A stretch of DNA of 49,075 nucleotides from Lama guanicoe (lineage: Eukaryota). Position numbers and translations under genes: made by a program. The notes under the pieces are model-generated. The model searched no databases. It was not told the DNA's origin and saw only the letters and a list, made by a program, of their open reading frames with translations. Where the stretch lies: NCBI GenBank assembly GCA_013239625.1, contig MU054001.1, forward strand, positions 7,460,174 through 7,509,248, in the 5' to 3' direction. Of this stretch, positions 39,269-49,075 are shown one piece after another (positions within the stretch are counted from its first letter, which is position 1; each line of letters starts with the position of its first letter).

Positions 39269-40037
39269 ACAGTGAAAATTTAATGAACTTCAAACCGGCA
39301 CTAAGAATCAGACTGAGAATCCAGAATAAGTGTTTCTCCTGCAACCCGTTTCCTTTGTGGTCGATGAATGAACGTATCTCCTCACACTCAGTTCTGAGAG
39401 GTATGTGTGTGTGAAGGAGTTGAATTACCTTTAATGTTGGGAACATAGAAGTTCTTTTGAGTGAGAGAATACACAACAAAAATATATATGGGGAGGTAAA
39501 ATCTGCAACTCACTTTTACAGTGAAAAGTGTATGAATTTCAGACATGCACTAGAAAACTTTGAGAAACATGAGTAGATATTTCTATGGTAACCCAATAAA
39601 TTTATGCAAGATGAACGAACGGCTCTCCACATGCTCAATTCTGAGAGTTAATTGTCTTTGGAAGCCATCAATCACTCAGAATTTCGAAGCATACAGTTTG
39701 TATTCATTGGAAAATAAAACAACATAAATAAATATGGGGAGGTACTATAACCAAATCCGTTTTAAAATGAAACTGCATGAACTTCAAAGCGGCACTAGGA
39801 AACATACTGAGAAACCAGAGAAAGGGTTTCTACTACCACCCATTCTCCTTGTGCTAGATGAACGAACGTCTCCACACATGCTCAGTTCTGAGAGGTAACT
39901 GTGTGTGAAAGCCATCAATCATGTAGCTTATTGGGAATACAGGTTTCTTTTTATTGGGAACCTATACTACATACATACATCAAAACTGCATGAACTTTAA
40001 ACTGACATTAGAAAACATACTGAGAAACCATAGTAAG
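39269..40037 (+). repeat. ~248-bp satellite, block 4 (~3 monomers, mixed then subtype I)
   Basis: Forward landmarks continue to TGAGAAACCATAGTAAG (40021-40037). Confidence 0.92.
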
Positions 40038-43000
40038 CATTGCAATTTAAAACTGTAAACAAACTGTGTGTTCCTGGCAATCTAAGTTGTTAACGGCTTT
40101 CACACAAACTTAACTCTCAGAACAGAGCATGTGGAGAGATGTTCGTTCATCTGGCAAAAATGGAAAGGTTTGCAGTAGAAGCATTTACCCTGGTTTCTCA
40201 GTATGTTTCCTAGTGTTGATTTGATGTTCATGCAGTTTTGACAGTAAAACCAAGTCGGAGCTTGTACCTACCCATATATACTAATTTAGTGTAGCTTCCC
40301 ACTAAAGAATCTGTGTGTTCCCAAAAAGCTAGGTGATTTTTGGAATTCACATACACTTAACTATCAGAATTCAGCATTAGGGAGATGTTCATTCATCTAG
40401 CATAATTTGAATGTTTTGGAAAAGAAATACTTACTATGGTTTCTCAATATTTTCCTAGTGCCGGCTTGAAGTTCATGCAGTTTTCAGTGTAAAAGATAGT
40501 TGGAACTAGTACCTCCTATATATATGTAAACAGTTTTGTTTCTCACTGGAAAGAAACTTTGTACTCCCTACAAGCTAAGAGAATGACTGCATTTACGCAC
40601 TCTTGACCCTCATAATTGAGCATGTGGAGAGACACTCGTTACCTAGCTTAAATTCAATGGGTTGCAGAAGAAACACTTACTATGTTTTACCAATATGTTT
40701 TCTAGTATCATTTTGAATTTCATGCAGCGTTATCTGTAAAACAGTTTTGGACCTAGTACCTCCCTATATATAAGTAGGTAGTGTAGATACCCACTGAGAA
40801 AAACCTGTGTGTTCCCAATAAGCTAGGTGAGTGACGGATTTGCCACACACAAAACTCTCAGAATTGAGCCTGTAGAGAGAAGTTCGTTCATCTAGCATAA
40901 TGGGAATGAGTTGCAGTACATACATTTACTCCGGTTTCTAAGTTTATTTCAAAGTATGTGTTTGTAGTTTATGCAATTTTCACTGTAAAACCAAGTTGGA
41001 GCTAGTACCTCCTCATATATATGAAAGTAGTTTTGTTTCCCACTGGAAAGGAACTGTGTGTTCTCAACAATCTAAGTGATTAATGGCTTTAAAAAATACT
41101 TAACACTCAGAATTGAGCAAATGGAGAGACGTTTGTTCTTAAAGCATAAAGGGAATGGGTTTCAGTAGAAACAATTACCCAGGTTTCCAATTATGTTTCC
41201 TACTGCCATTTTGAAGTTCATGCAGTTTTCACTCTAGAACCAAGTTGGAGCTAGTACCTACCCATATATATCTATATATTGTAGATTCCTACTGGGAAGA
41301 AACTTTGTGTTCCCAACAAGCTAGGTGAAGGACGGCTTTCACACACACTTGTCTCTCAGAAATGAGCATGTGGAGAGACGTTCGTTCATCTAGCACAAAG
41401 GGAACGGGTTGGAGGTGAAACACTCTCGTTTCTCAGGCTGTTTCCTAGAGCTGGTCTGAATGTCATGCAGGTTTCACTGTAAAACTGTGTTGGAGCTAGT
41501 ACCTCTCTCTATATATATATATGTATGTAGAGTAATTTCCAACTGTACAGAAACTGTTTTCCCCACAAGCTAGGTGAAGGATGGCATTCACACACACATA
41601 TCTCTCAGAACTGAGCATGTGGAGAGACGTTCATTCATCTACCATAAAGGGAACGGTTTGCAGGGGAAAGAATTATTCTGTTTTCAGTGTATTTCCAAGT
41701 GCCAATATGAGTTTCATGCAGTTTTCACAATTAACCCGAGCTGAGCTTATACCTCCCCATATATATGTATCTATTCTAGATTCCAACTGAAAAGAAACTT
41801 TGTGTTCCCAAAAACCTAGGTGAAGGATATCTTTAAAACACACTTATCTCTCAGAACTGAGCAAGTTGGAAAACTTTCAAAAATCTATAACAAAGGGAAC
41901 GGGTTGAAGGTGAAAAAGTCTGGTTTCTCAGTCTGTTTCCTAGTGCTGGTTTGAAGTTCCTGCAGTTTTCACTGTAAAACCGAGTTGGAGCTAGAACCTC
42001 TCTATATATACGAATGTAGAGCCTTTTCCAACTGAAACGAAACTTGGTTTTCCCAACAAGCTAGGTGAAGAATGGCTTTCACATTCACACATCTCTCAGA
42101 ACTGAGCATGTGGAGAGACGTTCTTTCATATGGTACAAAGGGAAATGATTGCAAGAGAAACACTTATTCTGGTTTCTCAGTCTGTTTCCTAGAGCCAGTT
42201 TGAAATTCTTACATATTTCACTGTAAAACCGAGTGAGAGCTTGTACCTCCAAGTATATATGTATGTATTGTATTTTCCAACTTAAAAGAAATTTTGTGTT
42301 CCCAACAAGCTCAGTGAAGGACGGCTATCAACATACATAACTGTAAGAACTGAGCATGGAGAGACATTAGTCATCTAGCAAAAATGGAACGTCTTTCAGT
42401 AGAAATATTTACTCCGGATTCTCAGAATGTTTCCTAGTGCTGTTTGAAGTTCATGCATTTTTCATTGTCAAACAGAATTGGAGCTTGTGCCACCCTATAT
42501 ATATATGTAAGTATTGTAGTTTTCAAATGAAAACAAACTTTGTGTTCCAAACAAGTTATGTGAAGGACGGCTTTCACCCACATTTATCACTCAGAACTGA
42601 GCTTCTGGAGGAAATTTCGTTCATCTAGCAAAAAGGGAACGTTTACATGAGATACACTTACACTAATTTCTCAGTCAGTTTCCTAGTGCCAGTTTGAAGT
42701 TCATGCAGATTTCACTTTAAAACCGAGTTGGAGTGGGTACGTCCCCTTATATATATATATATGTAGTGTAGTTCCCAACTGAAAAGAAACTTTGTGTTCC
42801 CAAAAAGATACATGAAGGATAGCTTTCACACGCACTTATCTTTCAGAACTGATCATGTGGAGAGAATTTTGTTCACCTAGTACAAATAGAACCATGTTCA
42901 GGAAAAACAATTTCTCTGGTTTATCAGTCTTTTTCCTAGTACTTGTTGAACGTCATGAAGGTTTCACTGTAAAACCGAGTTGGATCAAGTACCTCCATAA

Positions 43001-46000
43001 GTATTTGTATGTAGAGTAACTTGCAACTGAAAAGAAACTTTATTTTCCCAACACTTGGTGAAGGACTGAATTCACACAAACTTATCTCTCAGAACTGAGC
43101 ATGTGGAGAAATGTTCGTTCATTAATTAGAAAGGGATCAGGTTGCAGGAGAAGTAGTCTGGTTTCTCAGTCTGTTTCCTAGTGCTGGCTTGTAGTTCATG
43201 CAGTTGTCACTGTAAAACAGATTTTCAGCTTATACCTCCCCATATATGTATACAGTGTAGTTTCAAACTGATAAGAAACTTTGTGTTACAAACAAGTTAT
43301 GTGAAGGTCGGCTTACACACACACATTGCTCAGAACTGAACATGTGGAGAGATGTTCGTTCATCTAGCACGAAGGCAATGGGTTGCAGAAGAAACACTTA
43401 CTCTGGTTTCTCAGTCAGTTTCCTAGTGTCAGTTGGAAGTTCATGCGGTTTTCAATTTAAAATCATCTTGGAACGAGTGCATCACCTTATATATGTTTAC
43501 AATGTAGTTACCAATTGGAAAGAAACTTAGAGTTTCCAAAATGATATGTCAAGGACGGCTTTCACACGCACATAACTCTCAGAACTGATCATATGGAGAG
43601 ATGTTTGTTCACCTAGCACAAACGGAACTATTTTCAGGAGAAACACTTATTCCGGATTTTCAGTCTGTTTCCTTGTGCTGGTTTGAAATTCATGCAGTTT
43701 TCACTGTAAAACTAACCTGGAGCTAGTACCTGTCCACGTGTATGTATGTAAAGCAGTTTCAAACTGAAAAGAAAATCAGTTTTCCCAACAAGCTAGATGA
43801 GGTATGACTTTCACACACACATATCTCTCAGAACTGAGCATGTGAAGAGACGTTCATTCATCCAGCACAAAGAGAACGGGTTGCAGGAGAAACACCTACT
43901 CTGGTTTCTCAGTGTGTTTCCTAGTGCCGGTTTGGAGTTCCTGCGGTTTTCACGGTAAAACCGAGTTGGAGCTTGTACCTATCCATATATATGTATGGAG
44001 TGGAGCTTGCAACTGAAAAGAAACTTTGTGTTCCCTTCAAGATAGGTGAAGGACGGCTTTCACACACACTTATCTCTGAGAACTGAGCATGTGGAGAGAC
44101 GTTCGTTCATCCAGCACCAAGGGAACGGGTTGCAGGAGAAACCCTTACTCTGGGTTCTCAGTCTGTTTCCTAGTGCCGGTTTGAAGTTCCTGCGGTTTTC
44201 TCTGTAAAATCAGCTGGAGTTACCTCCTCCCCATGTATATGTATCTTGTGTAGTTTCCAACTTAAAAGAAATTTTATGTTCCCAACAAGCTATTTGAAGG
44301 ACGGCTTTCATACACAATTAACTCTCAGAACGGATCATGTGGTGAGACGTTTGTTCACTGTGCACAAAGGGAACAATTTGCAGGAGAAACAAGTTTTTTG
44401 TCTTCTCAGAATCTTTCCTAGTGCTGCTTTGAATTTCATGCAATTTTCACTGTAAAGCCGAGCTTGAGCTACTACCAAAACATAAATACGCATGTATTGT
44501 TGTTGCCACCTGAGAAGAATCTTTGTATTCCCAACAAGCTAAGTGAAGCATGGCTTTAACACACACTTATCTCTCAAAATGGATCATGTGGTGAGACTTT
44601 TGTTCATCTTGCACAAAAAGAAAGGTTTGCAGGGAGACACTTACTCTGGTTTCTCTGTCTCTTTCCTCGTGCTGCTTAGATGTTGATGCAGTTTTCACTG
44701 TAAAACCAAGCTGGATCTACTGCCTCCCCATATATATGTATGTGGTGTAGTTTCCAACTAAATGAAACTTTGTGTTCCCCACAAGCCAAGTGAAGGATGG
44801 ATTTTACAGACACTTATCTCTCAGAACTGAGCTTGTTCAGAGACTTTCATTCTTCTAACACAAAGGAATGAGCTGCAGGAAAACACCTTCTCTGGTTTCT
44901 CAGTCTGTTTCCTAGTGCCGCTTTGAAGTTCATGCAATTTTCACTGTAAAACAGAGCTGGAAATACTACCTCCCCATATATATGTACGTAGTGTCGTTTC
45001 AAATTGAAAAGAAACTTTGTGTTCTGAACAAGATAGGCAAAGGGCGGCTTTCACAAACAATTATCTCTCAGAACTGAGCATCTGGAGAGATGATTGTTCA
45101 CCTAGCGCAAATGGAATGGTTTGCAGGAGAAACACTTACTCTGGTTTCTCAGTCTGTTTTCTTTTGCCACTTTCAAGTTCATGCAGTTTTCACTGTAAAA
45201 CCGAGCTGGAGCTACTACCTCCCCATATATATGTATGTAGTGCAGTTTCCTACTGAGAAGATACTCTGTATTCCCAACAACCTAGGTGAAGTTCGGCTTT
45301 GACACACAATTATCTCTCTGAACTGAGCATTTGGAGATGCGTTCAAGTATCTAGCACAAATGGAATAGGTTGCAGGAAAACACTTACTCTGGTTTCTCAG
45401 TCTGCTTCCTAATGCAGCTTGAAATTTCATGTAGTTTTCAGTGTATAACCGAGCTGGAGCTACTGCCTCCCCATATTTATGTATGAAGTGTAGTTTCCAA
45501 CTGAAAAGAAACTTTCTGTTCCCAGCAAGCTAGGTGAAGTGTGGCTTTCACACACATTTATCACTTAGAACTGAGCATGTGGAAAGACGATCGTTCATCT
45601 AGAATAAAGGGAAAGGTTTTCAGGAGAAACAATTACACTGGATTCTCAGACTGCTTCTTAGTGCTGCTTTGAAGTTCAAGAATTTCTTATTGTAAATCCG
45701 AGCTGGATCTACTTCATCCCATATTTATGACTGTAAGTAGTTTCCAACTGAATATTAACTTTTTGTCACAGGCAAGCTAAGTGAAGTGCGGCTTTCACAA
45801 ACACTTATCTCTCAGAACTGAGCATGTGGAGAGTCATTCGTTCATCTAGCACAATGGAAACGGTTTGCAGGAGTAACACTTACCTTAGATTCTCAGTCTG
45901 TGTCTTACTGCTGGTTTGAAGTTCATGCAATTTTCACTGTAAAACCAAGCTGAAGCTCCTGCTTCCCCATGTTTATGCATGAAGTGTAGTCTCCAAATGA

Positions 46001-49000
46001 AAAGAAACTTTGTGTTCCCAACAAGCCAAGTGAAGTGTGCCTTTCACACACACTAATCTCTCAGAACTGAGCATGTGGAGAGACGTTCATTCATCTATCA
46101 CAAAGTGAACGGGTTGCATTAGAAATGCGTACTCTGGTTTCTCTGTCTCTTTCCTAGTGCTGCTTTGAAGTTCATGCAGTTTTCACTGTAAAACGGAGCT
46201 GGAGCTACTACCTTTCCATATATATGTATGTAGTGCAGTTCCCAACTGAAAAGAATCTTTTTGTACACATCAAGCAATGTGAAGTATGGCTTTCACACAC
46301 ACTTACCACTCAGAACTGAATATGTGGAGAAAAGTTGGTTCATCTAGCACCAAGAGAACGGATTGTAGGAGAAACACTTACTCTGGTTTCTCAGACTGTG
46401 TCCTTGTGCTGCTTTTAAGTTCATGAAATTTTCACTGTAAAACCGAGTTGAAGCTTGTACTTCCCCATATATATTTATGTAGTGTTGTTTCCAACTGAAA
46501 ATAAACTATGTGTCCCCAGCAAGCTAGATGAAAGGCGACATTCACACACACTTATCTTTCAGAACTGAGCATGTGGAGAGACAATCATTCATCTAGCAAA
46601 AAGGAAACTGTTTGAGGGAGAAACATTACTCTGCTATCTCAGGCTGTGTACTAGTTCTGGTTTGAAGTTCATGGATTTTTCACTGTAAAACTGAACTGGA
46701 GCTAGGAACATCCCATATGTGTGCATGTACTGTAGTTCCCAACTGAAAAGAAACTTTGTGTTCCCTTCAAGCTAGGTGAAGGACGGCTTTCACACACACT
46801 TATCTCTCAGAACTGAGCATGTGGAGAGACATTCGTTCTTCTAACACAAAGGAATGAGCTGCAGGAAAACACCAACTGTGGTTTCTCAGTCTGTTTCCTA
46901 GTGCTGGTTTGAAGTTCCTGCATATTTCACTTAAAACTGTGCTGAAGCTAGTACTTACCCATATGTATGTATGTAACATAGTTGTGAAATATATAGAAAC
47001 CTTGTGTCCCCAGCAATCTACATGAAGTGTGGCTTTCACACACACTTATATCTCATAAGTGAGCATGTGGATGGAAGTTCATTCATCTAGCACAATGTAA
47101 ACGGGTTTCAGGAGGAACACATACTCTGGTTTCTCAGTCTGTTTCCTAGTTTCAGATTGAAGTTCAAGCTGTTTTTAATGTAAAATGGAGCTGGAGTTAC
47201 TACCCCCCCAATATATATGTATGTAGTGTAGTTTCCAACTGAAAAGTAACTGTGTGTTCCCTGCAAGTTATGTGAAGTGTGGCTTTCAGAAACACTTATC
47301 TCTCAGAACTGAGTTGTAGAGAGATGTTCGTTCATCTAGCACAATGGAAAAGGGTGGCAAGTGTAACAGTTACTCTAGTTATTCAGTCTGTGTCCTACTG
47401 CGGGTTTTAAGTTCATGCAGTTTTCACTGTAAAACCAACATGGAGCTAGTACCCCCCGATATATATGTATGTACTGTAGTTTCCAACTAAAAAGAAACTA
47501 TGTCTTCCCAACAAGCTATATCAACGGCGGCTTTCACACACACGTATTTCTCACAACTGAGCACGTGGAGAGACGTTCTTACATCTAAGACAAAGGGAAA
47601 GGGTTGCTGGGAAACACTTACTCTGGTTTCTCAGTCTGTTTCCTTCTGCTGGTTTGAAGTTCCCACAGTTTACACTGAAAAACCGAGTTGGAGTTTATAT
47701 CATCCCAAATATATGTACATAGTGGAGATTCCAACTGAAGACAAAGTTTGTGTTCCAAACAAGCTACGTGAAGTACGGATTTCACACTCACATATCGCTC
47801 AGAATTGAGCATGTGGAGAGACTTTCATTCAATTACCACAATTGGAACTGGTTGCAGAAGAATCACTTACTCTTGTTTCACAGTCTGTGTCCTAGTGCTG
47901 ATTAAAAATTCCTGCAGTTTTCAGTGTGAAACCAAGTCGGAGCTAGTACCTCCAGATATATATGTATGCATTGTAGTTTCCAACCAAAAAGTAACTCTGT
48001 TTTTCCAACAAGCTAGGTTAAGGATGGCTTTCACACACAATTATCTCTTAGAACTAAGCATGTGGAGACACTTTCATTCATCTAGCAGAAAGGGAATTGG
48101 TTGCAGGTGAAACTCATACTCTGATTTTTCAGTCTGTTTCCTAGTGCCGTTTTGAATTTATTGCAGTTTTCGCTGTAGAACCATGTTGGAGCTAGTACCT
48201 CCCCATATATATGTATGTAGAAAATTTCCCAACTAAAAAGAAACATTGTGTTCCCAACAAGCTATGTGAAGTACGGGTTTCACAGACACATATCTCTCCG
48301 AACAGAGCTTTTGGAGAGACATTCTTTCATCTAGCAGAAAGGGAACTGTTTGCAAGAGAAACTATTAGCCTGGGTTCTCAGTGTGTTTCCTAGTGCTGAT
48401 TTGAATTTCCTGCATTTTTCAATGCAAAATAGAATTGGAGCTAGTACTTCCCCATATATAAGTATGTAGTGGAATTTCTAACTGAAAAGAAACTTTATGT
48501 TCCCAATAAGCTAGGTGAAGGAAGGCTTTCACACACACTTACCCCTCAGAGTTGAGCATGTGGGGAGACGTTCATTCATCTAGCACAAACGGAACGGGTT
48601 TCTGGAGAAACAATTACTCTGGTTTCTCAGTCTGTTTCCTAGTGCCGGTTTAAGTTCCTGCAGTTTTCACTTTAAAACCATTTTGGAGCCAGTAACAACC
48701 CATATATATGTATGTAGTGGAGTTTCCAACTGAAAAGAAACTTTTTGTTCAAAACAAAAAATGTGAAGAACGGCTTTCACACACATATCTCTCATAAATG
48801 AGCATGTAATGAGATGTTCATTCATCAAGCACAAACGGAACAAATTACAGTGGAAACTCTTACTTTGGTTACTCAGAATTTTTCCAACTGCCGGTTTGAT
48901 TTTCCTATAAATTTTCACTGTAAAACCGAGTGGTTGCTAGTAACTCATAATGAGATGTCATCAAGCACAAACGGAACAAATTACAGTGGAAACTCTTACT

Positions 49001-49075
49001 TTGGTTACTCAGAATTTTTCCAACTGCCGGTTTGATTTTCCTATAAATTTTCACTGTAAAACCGAGTCGAGTGGT
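40038..49075 (-). repeat. ~248-bp satellite, inverted block 5 (~36 monomers; subtype I to ~41270, subtype II after)
   Basis: All landmarks are reverse-complemented: GTTCATGCAGTTTTCACTGTAAAACC, GAGCATGTGGAGAGAC, GGCTTTCACACACAC. Confidence 0.97.
48822..49067. repeat. Perfect 110-bp direct duplication (48822-48931 = 48958-49067)
   Basis: TCATCAAGCACAAACGG...GTAAAACCGAGT is repeated without mismatch at offset 136, which is not the 248-bp period. Confidence 0.9.

Noticed and set aside
41380..41400. CENP-B box candidate at GTTCGTTCATCTAGCAC
   Set aside because: It has TTCG but lacks the required A and CGGG positions of NTTCGNNNNANNCGGGN. Only the consensus was checked by eye.
212..49035. Dozens of similar 60-125 aa ORFs (MCVKAVNHLACWEH…, MWRDVHSS…) suggesting a repeat protein family
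   Set aside because: They are chance read-throughs of the 248-bp monomer. The period is not a multiple of 3, stops and indels are frequent, they occur on both strands, and many use non-ATG starts.
1..49075. CRISPR-like or other prokaryotic repeat-spacer system
   Set aside because: The whole unit repeats with no unique spacers, there are no cas genes, and the inserted elements are mammalian L1.

Overview
Mammalian heterochromatin, not a prokaryotic locus. About 85% of the window is one AT-rich tandem satellite with a ~248-bp monomer; measured spacings of the GAAAACTGCATGAAC landmark are 245-249 bp, giving roughly 160 diverged monomers. Three LINE-1 insertions interrupt it, all on the - strand. 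The first is a 4.2-kb copy with a full-span but broken ORF2 (8256-12473). The second is a ~350-bp 3' fragment carrying an apparent 90-bp 3' transduction and a 9-bp TSD (30918-31374). The third is a 3.65-kb 5'-truncated copy (35619-39268). The array is layered, with two monomer subtypes in sharply bounded blocks, decayed higher-order duplications and a strand inversion at ~40037. The L1 3' UTR resembles camelid L1 from memory (unverified). There is no intact protein-coding gene: the short ORFs are satellite or L1 read-throughs. I cannot support a new gene system here. The notable signals are structural: repeated L1 use of a per-monomer endonuclease site, the transduction, a templated inverted micro-insertion, a near-identical 139-bp patch at an L1 junction, and the inversion.
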